From Alphaproteobacteria bacterium (GTDB lineage Bacteria > Pseudomonadota > Alphaproteobacteria > JAAXGF01): a stretch of DNA of 64,000 nucleotides. Positions 28,796 to 38,954 of this stretch are shown here, piece after piece. The DNA lies in contig CAUVXB020000002.1 in assembly GCA_963555825.3 (NCBI GenBank), forward strand, positions 1,920,001-1,984,000. The letters are read 5' to 3'. The notes below the pieces were generated by a model. It was not told the origin of the DNA and searched no databases. It was given only the letters and a program-made list of their open reading frames with translations. Numbering within the stretch: the first letter of the stretch is position 1; the number at the start of each line of letters is the position of its first letter. A program made the translations under genes and the position numbers.

Positions 28796-29970
28796 TACCA
28801 GTGAGCGCCTGAATTGACTCTCGGGATATTCATTGATGGCGGATGATGGCGGATTGTGATTCTATGGTCTCCCACCAGATGTGGGGGATGTCATGGGATC
28901 AGCACTCAAGATACGGGATGATTTGACGCCTTTGGAGCTTCGGCGCTGGGCTCGCGTGGAATCGTACGGTCGAGCGGCGGCGCGGGCCTATGGGATCGCG
29001 AATGCTTTGGAGGAGATGCCCCGGGCTGATGCCGCGCGGCTTGCGGGGATGGATCGCCAAACGCTTCGCGACGCGGTTGTTCGTTACAATGCAAAGGGAT
29101 TGGAGGGGCTTCACGACCGTCCAAAGGGCTACTCGCCGCGGCGGCTGACGGCAGACGAGGAAGCGGCGCTGGCGGCGGTCATCATCGCCGGGCCGGAGCC
29201 TGAGCGCGACGGGGTTTGCGCCTGGACCCGGGCCGATCTGTGCCGCTGGCTGGAGGAGCGCTTCGCCAAGACCTACCACCCCTCGAGCATGACCCGGGTT
29301 CTACGGCGGATGGGATTTTCCCGCCAGAAGGCGCGCCCGAGCCACCCGCGAAGGGACGCCGAAGCGCAGGAGCGCTTCAAAAAAGGGGGCTTCGCGACAT
29401 CCTGAAGGCGACCGCCGCGGCGCATCCCGACAAGCGCCTACAGCTGTGGTTTCAGGATGAAGCGCGCGTCGGCAACAAGGGCCGGGTGTGTCACCGGTGG
29501 TGGCGCAGGGGCGAGCGTGCCCCCGGGACGCGTCAAATCGGCTACCAGTGGGCCTACATCTTCTCCGCCGTGCGCCCGGACACCGGCGACGACGTCACCC
29601 TGGTGATGCCGAGCGTCAACGCCAAGGTCATGGACCTGTTTCTCGCACACTTCGCCGATACCCTGGACCAGGATGCGCACGCCGTCATGATGTGCGACGG
29701 CGCCGGTTGGCACGACGAGCGCGCCCTCACCGTCCCCGACAACGTCACCTTGGCGCTGTTGCCGCCTTACAGTCCCGAACTCAACCCCGTCGAGCGGGTT
29801 TGGCTCTACCTACGCGAACGCTTCCTATCGCTCCGCGTCCTCGACGACACCGAGGCCATCATCGACGCCTGTTGCCAAGCATGGATCGACCTCATCGCAG
29901 AACCGGATCGTATGCGAACCCTCTGCGCCTATCCATGGATCATGAAGGTGATTTCATAGGCTCACTGGTA
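28796..29970 (+). mobile_element. IS630-family element 1
   Basis: Ends TACCAGTGAGC...GCTCACTGGTA. Flanking TTA is duplicated at 28793-28795 and 29971-29973. Confidence 0.92.
28893..29959 (+). CDS. IS630 transposase, two ORFs joined by a probable -1 frameshift at A6G5 (29379-29389)
   Basis: HTH ORF, then WFQDEARVG, DGAGWH and LPPYSPELNPVE in the -1 frame. Confidence 0.9.
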
Positions 29971-30090
29971 TTAGAGCACCGAGCGAGCTTTTTTCGCATA
30001 AAGCCGCAGGGCGATGGCCGATTGAAGATTCTGGTTTCCACGTTACCGAGACACAAGGAATCAGGCCGCTTCATCTCTCTCGGCACCTCA

Positions 30091-31264
30091 TACCGACTCC
30101 GCCTGAATGATTCGGTTGCGACGGATTCCCGTTGGAATCGGAAAGGGTTAGGATCCGTAGTCATGATTCGCGGAGGGGCGGGACATGGCGCATGTCGAGG
30201 AACATTTGCAGCTTTCTGAGTTGGAGGGACGGTATCGCTCGGCGTCGGAGGCGACGGAGGCGCGGCACTTCCAGGTGATCTGGCTTTTGGCCAAAGGCCA
30301 TACGGTTCGCGAAGTGTCGGAGATGACGAGTTTCGGCCAACGCTGGCTCGAACAATTGCTTTCTCGCTACAACAAGCTCGGCCCGTCGTCGCTGGGCGAT
30401 CGTCGACGCTCGAACGGCTCCGAGGCGACGATCCTGAAGCCGGAAGTCCTGGCGGTGTTGAAAGAGCGCCTGAAAAAGCCGCCGGCGGACGGCGGCTTGT
30501 GGTCTGGGCCGAAGGTGGCGGCTTGGATGGCGGGCGAACTGGGCTTGGAGACGGTGGCGCCGCAACGGGGCTGGGAGGCGCTGAAGGCAGTCGAGTGGAG
30601 TTTGCAGGTGCCCAGGCCGAACAACCCCGGGGCGGCGAGCGAGGAAGAACGCCAGGCGTTTAAAAAAAACTTCACCGCCTGGTCGCGGAAGAAGCCGAGC
30701 GCCACCCCGGCACGCCGATCGAAGTCTTCGCCAGCGACGAACACCGGCTCGGTCTGAAGCCATTGGCCCGGCGCTGCTGGGCGCCGCGCGGGATGCGCCC
30801 GGTGGCGCTCGGCCACCACCGCTTCAAATGGCTCTACGTCACCGCCCTCGTCTCGCCGACCAGCGGAGAGACCTTTTGGTACATCTCCAATTGTGTCTCC
30901 AAGCCATTCTTCGAGAAGCTGCTCGCCCTCTTCGCCCGCGAGGCCGGCGCTGGGCAGAGCCGCATCATCATCCTGGTGATCGACGGCGCCGGGTGGCACA
31001 CGGCGCCGAACCTCACGGTGCCGGAAGGCCTCCACCTCGTCTACTTGCCGCCCTATACGCCCCAGCTGCAACCGGCCGAATGTCTCTGGCCCGTACTCGA
31101 CGAGCCGGTCGCAAACAGACACTTCGAGACCATCGAGGAACTCGACGCCGTCGTCGCCCGGCGCTGCCTCACTCTCGATGCCAATCCCGAACTCTTCAAG
31201 GGGCGTATCGACTTCCACTGGTGGCCCAAAACCATCTATCCGAACTGATCAGCCGGATGCAGTA
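30091..31264 (+). mobile_element. IS630-family element 2
   Basis: Imperfect TIR TACCGACTCCGCCTGA / TCAGCCGGATGCAGTA. TCA is duplicated at 30088-30090 and 31265-31267. Confidence 0.9.
30185..31248 (+). CDS. IS630 transposase with probable -1 frameshift at TTTAAAAAAAAC (~30659-30670)
   Basis: HTH ORF, then DEHRLG, DGAGWH and LPPYTPQLQPAE in the -1 frame. Confidence 0.88.
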
Positions 31265-31495
31265 TCACTTCATGAGGCAATGGTTGCCCTGCTACGGGAA
31301 CCTCCTGCTAGGCTCACTAAAGAAAACATGCACGCCATCAGTCCCGATATTATGGCAAGTTCAAACGTCCCCTCCTTCACAAACTGCCGCGAATGTGTAG
31401 CCGTAAAGGGACCGCACGGGGACATTCGCCTGACGATAACTACGGGCTAGGACAGCTTTAGCATGGTGTCCGCGACGGGATACTGAAAACTCTCT

Positions 31496-31533
31496 ATTTA
31501 AACGGCCAATCGACATTTAAACGGCCAATCGAC
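31496..31533. repeat. Perfect 19-bp tandem duplication near the right border of the island
   Basis: ATTTAAACGGCCAATCGAC twice. Confidence 0.9.
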
Positions 31534-31577
31534 GTGCGTTTGCCTGTACGAGTTCAAGTTGTCGCCCTAGTCGGACT

Positions 31578-31751
31578 CTAGCAGTTGTGCGCCTTGAGGC
31601 TGCCGATAATGCGCGCGCCGATCTCGGCGATCGCCTGGCCACACTCAACGGCCGTCAGACCCTCGGGCAGGCCGGCGATGGCGGCGCAGCGCTCGTCCTC
31701 GGCGAGATACGAATACAGGACGACCGCCTTCGAGATGCTGGCCTGCGCCAT
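31578..31751 (-). CDS. Small hypothetical protein (57 aa), below the ORF-track cutoff
   Basis: GAGGAGG SD. MAQASISKAVVLYSYLAEDERCAAIAGLPEGLTAVECGQAIAEIGARIIGSLKAHNC. GC-rich third codon positions. Confidence 0.6.
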   Translation of the reverse strand: MAQASISKAVVLYSYLAEDERCAAIAGLPEGLTAVECGQAIAEIGARIIGSLKAHNC

Positions 31752-31928
31752 CGCCGCGACTGCCTCCTCGGCGCTGCCAGCAGCTTGAGCGCGTTACATC
31801 AGCCCGCGCCAGTCTTATTGGGACAAGAGCGGCCGGTCGCGACGAGAGGGCCGGACCGCCCGGCGATTCGCCCTGTCGGGTGCCGACAGTGTAGCGCGTC
31901 ACGCGCCCGCGTCCGGCGGCGCGTATCG

Positions 31929-32336
31929 TTACGCCGGCGTGTCGCTCGCCGCGTGCTGCGGCAGGCCGTCGGTGATCTCGTAGTAGTCGCCCTTGTCGGC
32001 GACGAAGATATGCCGGGCCAGCTTGAGACCGGTCGGCGCATCGAGGCTGCCGGCCAGGATCGCCACGCGGTCCTTGGTGGCCGGCTGCCACAAGACGATC
32101 GAGCCGCATTCGCCGCAGAAACCGCGCCGCGCCGTCGCCGACGCACGGTACCATTTCAGCCCGCGGTCCTCGGTCAGTGTGAAGCGCTCGGCGGTGATGC
32201 TCGTCGTCGCGTAGAGGTGGCCGCTCTGGCGCCGGCACTGGCCGCAATGACAGGCGGTGATATCGGCCAAAGGCCCGCGCGCCTCGTAGCGCACCGCCCC
32301 GCACAGGCAGCCGCCGGTATGTGTCTCGTCGGTCAT
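31929..32336 (-). CDS. GFA/CENP-V family protein
   Basis: GGCLCGAVRY, CHCGQCRR and RGFCGECGS. Confidence 0.92.
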   Translation of the reverse strand: MTDETHTGGCLCGAVRYEARGPLADITACHCGQCRRQSGHLYATTSITAERFTLTEDRGLKWYRASATARRGFCGECGSIVLWQPATKDRVAILAGSLDAPTGLKLARHIFVADKGDYYEITDGLPQHAASDTPA

Positions 32337-32346
32337 GGGGCTCTCC

Positions 32347-32649
32347 TTAGGTCGTAATATCGCTGTCGGTCACCGCGAGCATCAGCAGCTTCCCGATGAT
32401 CGAGATTTCGCTCTGGTCGAGCATCATGCCGCCCTCGATGTTGCGCGGCTTGTGCTTGAGAAAACGGCCGAACGCGGCGGCGAGCAACAGGGCTTCGTCG
32501 CGGGTGAAGAACTTGGGCGCCTTGGGGACCTCGAGCTTTTCGCTGACCGCTGGGGCGTCGCGCCCCTCCCAGTAGAGTTTCCACGCCTCGGCGAGGACGC
32601 GAAGTTCGTCGATCGAAAACTGCAGCATCGCGGAGCTTGGACGCACCAT
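32347..32649 (-). CDS. Hypothetical protein downstream of polA
   Basis: Abuts the polA stop. Host-like codon usage. Confidence 0.6.
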   Translation of the reverse strand: MVRPSSAMLQFSIDELRVLAEAWKLYWEGRDAPAVSEKLEVPKAPKFFTRDEALLLAAAFGRFLKHKPRNIEGGMMLDQSEISIIGKLLMLAVTDSDITT

Positions 32650-35418
32650 TCAATGCGCGTCGGCCCAGGTCGCGCCGGCGCCGGTGTCGACGACCAGCGG
32701 CACCGAGAGATGGGCGGCGCCTTCCATGACGCGCTTGGCCACTTGGGCGGTCGCCTCGAGTTCGCTTTCGGGCGTCTCGAAGATCAGCTCGTCGTGGACC
32801 TGGAGCAACATCCGGCCCGTTAGCCCGGCTTCGGCCAGCGCCGCCGGCATGCGGATCATGGCGCGCTTGATGATGTCGGCGGCCGAGCCCTGCAAGGGCG
32901 CGTTGATCGCCGCGCGCTCCATGAAGCCGCGCCGCGCCGGGTTCTTGTCGTTGATGCCCGGCATGTGGCAGCGCCGGCCGAACAGCGTGGTGACGAAGCC
33001 GTGCTTGCGGCAGAACGACTTGGTGCGCTCCATATATTCGAGGATGCCCGGATAGCGCTCGAAATAGGCGTCGATATAGGCCCGCGCGTCGCGCTGGTCG
33101 ATGCCCAGCTGGCGCGCCAGACCGAACGGACTGATGCCGTAAATGATGCCGAAGTTGATCGCCTTGGCGCGCCGCCGCACCATCGCGTCCATGCCCTCGA
33201 TCGGCACGCCGAAGACCTGGCTCGCGGTCATCGCGTGAATGTCGAGGCCGTCGCGGAAGGCTTGCTTGAGCGGCTCGATGTCGGCGACATGCGCCGCCAG
33301 GCGCAGCTCGATCTGGGAATAATCGGCCGACAACAGCGTGCAGCCCGTGGCCGCGACGAAGGCGTGGCGGATCTTGCGGCCCTCCTCGGTGCGCACCGGA
33401 ATGTTCTGCAGGTTGGGGTCGGTCGAGGCGAGCCGGCCGGTCGACGCCGCGGCCATCGCGTAAGACGTGTGGACGCGCCCGGTGTCGGGGTTGATCTGTT
33501 CGATCAGCGCGTCGGTGTAGGTGCTCTTGAGCTTGGCGAGCTGGCGCCAGTCGAGCACTCGGGCGGGCAGTTCATGGCCCTGGGCGGCGAGCCCTTCAAG
33601 CACGTCGGCGCCGGTCGCGTACGCCCCCGACTTGCCCTTCTTGCCGCCGTCGATGCCCATTTCGTCGAACAGCACCTCGCCGAGCTGTTTGGGCGAGCCG
33701 ATCGTGAAAGCGTGGCCCGCGAGTTTGTGGATCTCGCCCGCCAGCACGTCGATGCGCCCGGCGAAGTCGGCGGACAGGTCGGCGAGCAACTCGCGGTCGA
33801 CCCCGATGCCTGCGCGCTCCATGGCGACCAGCACCGGGATCAGCGGCCGCTCGATCGTTTCGTAGACCGTCACCATGCGCTCGGCGAGCAGACGGGGCTT
33901 GAGCGTCTGATACAGCCGGCCGGTGATGTCGGCGTCCTCGGCGGCATAGTCGAGCGCCGCCTCCAGCGGCACCAGATCGAAGGTGATCTGCTGCTTGCCG
34001 GTGCCGGCGACCGCCTTGAAGGGGATCGGATCGATGCCGAGGTGAAGCCGCGACAGCTCGTCCATGCCGTGGCCGTGCTGGCCGCCTTCGAGCACGTAGG
34101 AGATCAGCATGGTGTCGTCGCATGGCGCGATCTCGATGCCGTAGCGCAATAGCACCGCAGTGTCGTATTTGATGTTGTGGCCGACCTTGAGCACCGCCGG
34201 GTCCTCGAGCATCGGCTTCAGCAACGCGAGCGCTTCGTCGAACGCGATCTGGGTCGGCCGGCCGCCGGTCTCGAGCCCCAGGTCGTCGCCCTCGGGCGGG
34301 CGGTGGCCGAGCGGCACGTAACATGCCTTGCCGGGCACGACCGAGAGCGAGACGCCGACCAGCTCGGCGCGCATCGAATCGAGTGAGGTCGTCTCGGTGT
34401 CGACGGTGACGACGCCGGCGTCGCCCGCTTGCGCGATCCAGCGCTCGAGCGCGGCCGAGTCCTGGACCATCTCGTAGGATGTTTCAGCGGGCGCCTCGTC
34501 GGGCGCGCCGACCGCGCCGTCGCCGCCACCGTCGATGCCGAGCCAGCGCTCGGCGCGGGTTACGATGCCGCGGAAGTCCTGGGCCTTGAGGAAATCGGTC
34601 AGCACCTGGGGGTCGGGCGCGCGTATCACGAAATCGTCGATGCCGTCGTCGAGCGGCACGTCGTCGCGCAGATAGACCAGCCGGCGCGACAGCCGCGCCA
34701 TCTCGGCGTGCTCGACCAGGTTTTGACGGCGTTTCGGCTGGGTGATCTCCTCGGCGCGCTCGAGCACCGTCTCCAGATCGCCGAACCGGTTGATCAGCTC
34801 GGCCGCGATCTTGACGCCGATGCCCGGCACACCCGGCACGTTGTCGGTCGCGTCGCCGGCCAGCGCCTGGACGTCGACGACGCGCTCGGGCCCGACGCCG
34901 AACTTCTCGCGTACCTCCTCGATGCCGATGCGTCGTCCCTTGAGGCCGTCGTACATGGTGACGGTCTCGCCGACCAACTGCATCAGGTCCTTGTCGGACG
35001 AGACGATGGTGACCTCGGCGCCGGCCTCGCGCGCGAGCCGCGCATAGGTCGCGATGATGTCGTCGGCCTCGAAGCCCTCGCGCTCGATGCACGGCAGATT
35101 GAAGGCGCGCGTCACGTCGCGGATCAGCGCGAACTGCGGCACCAGGTCCTCGGGCGCCGGTGGCCGGTGCGCCTTGTACTGATCGTAAATCTCGTTGCGG
35201 AAGCTCTTGCCCGAATAATCGAAGATGACGGCGATGCGGTCGGCCTCGATCTCGTCGAGCAGCCGCATCAGCATGTTGGCGAAGCCGTAGACGGCGTTGA
35301 CCGGCGTGCCGTCGGCGCGCGTCATCGGCGGCAATGCATGGAAGGCGCGGAAGATGAAACCCGAGCCGTCGATCAACACGACGTGCCCGGCCTTGCTGAC
35401 CGGCGCCGCGTCGCTCAT
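32650..35418 (-). CDS. polA: DNA polymerase I
   Basis: LIDGSGFIFRAFHA, DTETTS, ADYSQIELR, AKAINFGIIYG and LLQVHDEL. Confidence 0.98.
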   Translation of the reverse strand: MSDAAPVSKAGHVVLIDGSGFIFRAFHALPPMTRADGTPVNAVYGFANMLMRLLDEIEADRIAVIFDYSGKSFRNEIYDQYKAHRPPAPEDLVPQFALIRDVTRAFNLPCIEREGFEADDIIATYARLAREAGAEVTIVSSDKDLMQLVGETVTMYDGLKGRRIGIEEVREKFGVGPERVVDVQALAGDATDNVPGVPGIGVKIAAELINRFGDLETVLERAEEITQPKRRQNLVEHAEMARLSRRLVYLRDDVPLDDGIDDFVIRAPDPQVLTDFLKAQDFRGIVTRAERWLGIDGGGDGAVGAPDEAPAETSYEMVQDSAALERWIAQAGDAGVVTVDTETTSLDSMRAELVGVSLSVVPGKACYVPLGHRPPEGDDLGLETGGRPTQIAFDEALALLKPMLEDPAVLKVGHNIKYDTAVLLRYGIEIAPCDDTMLISYVLEGGQHGHGMDELSRLHLGIDPIPFKAVAGTGKQQITFDLVPLEAALDYAAEDADITGRLYQTLKPRLLAERMVTVYETIERPLIPVLVAMERAGIGVDRELLADLSADFAGRIDVLAGEIHKLAGHAFTIGSPKQLGEVLFDEMGIDGGKKGKSGAYATGADVLEGLAAQGHELPARVLDWRQLAKLKSTYTDALIEQINPDTGRVHTSYAMAAASTGRLASTDPNLQNIPVRTEEGRKIRHAFVAATGCTLLSADYSQIELRLAAHVADIEPLKQAFRDGLDIHAMTASQVFGVPIEGMDAMVRRRAKAINFGIIYGISPFGLARQLGIDQRDARAYIDAYFERYPGILEYMERTKSFCRKHGFVTTLFGRRCHMPGINDKNPARRGFMERAAINAPLQGSAADIIKRAMIRMPAALAEAGLTGRMLLQVHDELIFETPESELEATAQVAKRVMEGAAHLSVPLVVDTGAGATWADAH

Positions 35419-35443
35419 GGCGCTCCGCGGGGGCAGCGCGGCA

Positions 35444-35626
35444 TCAGTGGGCGGCTTCGGCGCCGGCGCCCTCGGCGAGCACGAAACGGCGGTCGCAGTA
35501 GCCGCATTCGACCCAGCCTTTTGGGCCGATCTTTAGATAGACCACGGGGTGGCCGAGCGCGTCGTCACCGCCGTCGCAGCTCACCTCGCGGCTGGTCGTC
35601 TCGATGGTTTCCGGCGCATCCATCAT
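35444..35626 (-). CDS. zf-CHCC zinc-finger protein
   Basis: CDGG...LGHPVVYL...CGYCDRRF. Confidence 0.9.
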   Translation of the reverse strand: MMDAPETIETTSREVSCDGGDDALGHPVVYLKIGPKGWVECGYCDRRFVLAEGAGAEAAH

Positions 35627-35756
35627 GGCACTCGTTGTGGCTGTCCTGCCCCGCCTTGATCCGTCTTCGAGGTCGTTGACCCGGGGCTAGCCGGATGATA
35701 CCCATTGCCCGGCGACAATCAACCGCCACATCGCAATCACCACCGAACTAGCCCCG

Positions 35757-36722
35757 ATGTCGAGTGCGCGCACCAACGGCGGCGCTCCCGCCAATGCCCT
35801 GACTATCACCGGCCTCCGCAAGACCTATGGCCAGGGCGCCCGCGCCGTCGAGGCGCTGCGCGGCATCGATCTGGTGGTGCCGCGCGGTGCGTTCTTCGGC
35901 CTGTTGGGCCCCAATGGGGCAGGCAAGTCGACCTTGATCAACATCCTCGCCGGGCTGGTCGTCAAGACGGCTGGCGAGGCGTCGATATGGGGCTACGACG
36001 TCGACGCCCAACCGCGCGCCGCGCGCTCGGCGATCGGCGTCGTGCCGCAGGAGCTCAACCTCGACCCGTTCTTCACGCCGCGCGAGGTCTTGGAGCTGCA
36101 GGCCGGGCTCTACGGCCTGCGCAAGCGCCAGCGCCACACCGATGAGATCCTCGCCGCGGTCGGCCTGAGCGAGGTCGCCGAATCCTCCGCCCGTCAACTA
36201 TCGGGCGGCATGCGGCGCCGGCTTCTGGTCGCCAAGGCGATGGTGCATGCGCCGCCGGTGCTGGTGCTCGATGAGCCGACCGCCGGCGTCGACATCGAGC
36301 TGCGCCAGCAGTTCTGGTCCTACGTCGGCGCGCTCAACGCCGACGGCACGACGATCCTGTTGACCACGCACTACCTGGAAGAGGCCGAGCGCGTCTGCGA
36401 TTCGATCGCCATCATCCACGATGGTGAACTGGTCGCCAACGAGACGACCAAGACGCTGATCCGCCGGCTCGACCGCAAGACGGTCACCATCGCCATCACC
36501 GAAGATCTCGACGTGGTGCCCGAGGCGCTCGCCCGCTTCGACGCCGAGCTGTTGCCGGTGCGCCGCCTGGCGATCCACTACCGCCCGAGCCACACCGAGA
36601 TCGGCGAAGTGCTCGCCGCGGTCAATGGCGCCGGGCTGACGATCGCCGACCTGACGACCGAGGAAAGCGATCTCGAAGACATCTTCCTGGCGCTGACCAG
36701 CCGCCGCGGCCGCGAGGCATAG
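35757..36722 (+). CDS. ABC-2 type transporter ATP-binding protein
   Basis: GPNGAGKST, LSGGMRRR, VLDEPTAGVD and TTHYLEEA. Confidence 0.94.
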   Translation: MSSARTNGGAPANALTITGLRKTYGQGARAVEALRGIDLVVPRGAFFGLLGPNGAGKSTLINILAGLVVKTAGEASIWGYDVDAQPRAARSAIGVVPQELNLDPFFTPREVLELQAGLYGLRKRQRHTDEILAAVGLSEVAESSARQLSGGMRRRLLVAKAMVHAPPVLVLDEPTAGVDIELRQQFWSYVGALNADGTTILLTTHYLEEAERVCDSIAIIHDGELVANETTKTLIRRLDRKTVTIAITEDLDVVPEALARFDAELLPVRRLAIHYRPSHTEIGEVLAAVNGAGLTIADLTTEESDLEDIFLALTSRRGREA

Positions 36723-36786
36723 CCGGTCTGCCCGGCACGGGGGGTGCGGTGGTCGGCCGGTGGCCAGGGCGCCGGCCGCGGCGCCG

Positions 36787-38826
36787 TTACGCATCGGCGC
36801 AAAAGCGACGCCACATCTCGCGGTAGGCGCCCTCGATCTCGCGCGCGAAGGCGCCCTGCCGGCAGAGCGGCGACTGCCGAACGCGATCGCGCAATTCGCT
36901 GCGCAGCAACGCAAGCTTTTCGAGGTCGCCGGCGAGCCGCACCGCTTGCGCGACATACGCGACCTCGGTCTCGGCAACGAATTCCGGGTGACCGATGCGC
37001 GCCAGCAGACTCGCACCCACCCGGCCAGCGTGACGGTCGCCCGCCAGCGTGACCACGGGTACGCCCATCCACAGCGCCTCGCAGGTCGTCGTCGTGCCGT
37101 TGTAGGGAAACGTATCGAGGCCGATGTCGACCCGGTGATACGCGCCCAGATGGCCGGCATTCGAGGCGATCCAGGGGAGCAACTCGATGCGTCCGGGGTC
37201 GATCCCGCGCGCGCCGAACAACTGCAGATAGCGCTGTCGCGTCGCCTTATCGGCCAAGGTCCGGTTCTTGATCAACATCCGCGAATTCGCCACGGCGTCG
37301 AGGACCTCGGCCCAGGTGCCGACCACCTCGGGGGTGACCTTGGCGAGCTTGTTGAACGAACCGAAGGTCACATGGCCGGCCGCCTGGGCCGGCGATCGGC
37401 CGACGTCCGGGGCGTTTGCCGACGGCGCGTAGCAGAGGAATCCGTTCGCAAGGCGCACCATCGTCTCGCTATGGAGCGAGTCGTCCGTCGCCACCGGGTC
37501 GGCGATCGCATCGGTCAGCCGGTAATCGATCGCCGCGACCCCCGTCGTGTTGGGGTAGCCGAGCCAGGTGACTTGCACCGGTGCGGGCCGCACAGCGAAC
37601 ATGAGGAGCCGGTTATTTGCGGTGTGTCCGGCGACGTCGACGAGGATGTCGATGCCGTCCACGCGGATGATGTCAGCGACCGCCGAATCCGGCAGGCCGA
37701 CAATCGATCGCCACGCGTCCGCCCGGCCGCGAAACCACGTCGTCATTTGGTCCGGGTTGGCGACCTGGGCGTAGCACACTGCCTCGAACGCGCGGCGGTC
37801 GTGCGCGGCGATCAGCGGCGCCAGAAAGTGACCGACGGAATGTTCGCAGAAGTCGGGCGAGACATAGCCAACGCGCAGCCGGCGGTCGGGATTTGGGTCG
37901 TTGGCGTGGCTTCGGTCCGACCCGTCGAAGGGCGCCGCGTGGACCGCGTTCCAGGCCAGTGTCTCGGCCCAAATGTCGGCTTGCGTCGGCGTCCCGTCGT
38001 AGTTCATACAGAAGATCAGATTGCTGTGCACCGCCGCCATGCCGGGCTTGATCTCGAGCGCCTTGCGGAACGCGGCCACCGCTTCGCCGAGCCGGCCCTG
38101 ATCTTCGAACGTGTAACCCAGGTTGTTGTGTGCTTCGGCGAAGTCGGGGTCGAGCGCCAGGGCCTTCCGATAGGCGGCGACCGCATCGCTCAGCCGGCCC
38201 TGGGCCTTGAGTGCGTTGCCCAGGTTGTTGTACGGCCCGGCGACATCGGGATTCAACGCCACCAACTTGCGCAGAATCGCCACCGCCTCAGCCGGCTTTC
38301 GCTGCGCGCTGAGCGCGTTGCCCAGATTGTTCAGCGCCTCGGCATAATCGGGCTTCAATTCCAGTGCCGTGCGGTATTCGGCCACCGTATCGTCCAGCTT
38401 GCCCTGGTTTTTGAGCGCATTGCCCAGGTTGTTCCGCGCCCGGGCAAAGTCGGGCTTGAGCGCCAAGGCGCGGCGGTGGGCCGCCACCGCTGCCTCGAGT
38501 TCGCCTTGCGCTTTGAGCGCCACGCCCATGTTGTCGTGCGCCTCGGCATAGTCGGGCCGCAAGGCAATCGCCTTGCCGATCAACTCGGCCGCCCGGCGAG
38601 GGTCGCCCCGTCGGATATGGATTACGCCATAGTGGCGCAGCGCGACAACATGCTCGGCGTCGCCGGCCAGGATGTCGACATAGATCGGCTCGGCTTCCGC
38701 CAGTCGCCCGGCTTGGAGGTGCGCCACCGCCTCGCGAAGCCGGGCATCCGCGGCCCGCGATCCGCCCGCCGCCGGCGCGCCACGTCTCCGGACCTTGGCG
38801 ACGGCGCGCCTTCGCTTTCGGTTCAT
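36787..38826 (-). CDS. TPR-repeat O-GlcNAc/SPINDLY-like glycosyltransferase (GT41)
   Basis: About 8 TPRs (PDYAEAxNNLG), RLRVGYVSPDF..HSV, APVQVTWLGYP and DTFPYNGTTTTCEALWMGVPV. Start MNRKRRR. Confidence 0.92.
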   Translation of the reverse strand: MNRKRRRAVAKVRRRGAPAAGGSRAADARLREAVAHLQAGRLAEAEPIYVDILAGDAEHVVALRHYGVIHIRRGDPRRAAELIGKAIALRPDYAEAHDNMGVALKAQGELEAAVAAHRRALALKPDFARARNNLGNALKNQGKLDDTVAEYRTALELKPDYAEALNNLGNALSAQRKPAEAVAILRKLVALNPDVAGPYNNLGNALKAQGRLSDAVAAYRKALALDPDFAEAHNNLGYTFEDQGRLGEAVAAFRKALEIKPGMAAVHSNLIFCMNYDGTPTQADIWAETLAWNAVHAAPFDGSDRSHANDPNPDRRLRVGYVSPDFCEHSVGHFLAPLIAAHDRRAFEAVCYAQVANPDQMTTWFRGRADAWRSIVGLPDSAVADIIRVDGIDILVDVAGHTANNRLLMFAVRPAPVQVTWLGYPNTTGVAAIDYRLTDAIADPVATDDSLHSETMVRLANGFLCYAPSANAPDVGRSPAQAAGHVTFGSFNKLAKVTPEVVGTWAEVLDAVANSRMLIKNRTLADKATRQRYLQLFGARGIDPGRIELLPWIASNAGHLGAYHRVDIGLDTFPYNGTTTTCEALWMGVPVVTLAGDRHAGRVGASLLARIGHPEFVAETEVAYVAQAVRLAGDLEKLALLRSELRDRVRQSPLCRQGAFAREIEGAYREMWRRFCADA

Positions 38827-38954
38827 GCGATTCCGTCCCGACCACCCGTCCCATGCACGTCGACCGTCATGATACCGATCTCGATCGAGGCAAGATACGC
38901 CCGCTTCGGGACGGCGCCGCGGCCGGCGCAGCTGGCCTTGGTGAGAACGCCGGG

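Larger units (their letters stand above)
28298..31450 (+). pseudogene. ImmA/IrrE family (HExxH) metallopeptidase (265 aa), split into 28298-28795, 29974-30090 and 31268-31450
   Basis: ERFYIAHELAHLLL...EDICDEFARTLLMP. ATGA overlap with the HD gene. Joins SEL|EHRAS and GTS|LHEAM are in frame. Confidence 0.88.

Noticed and set aside
21886-31600. Prophage or integrase-driven genomic island
   Set aside because: No integrase, tRNA, att repeat or phage genes were found at the borders.
35757-36722. Orphan ABC ATPase without a permease as a novelty
   Set aside because: The zf-CHCC/ABC ATPase divergent pair is a common alphaproteobacterial arrangement.
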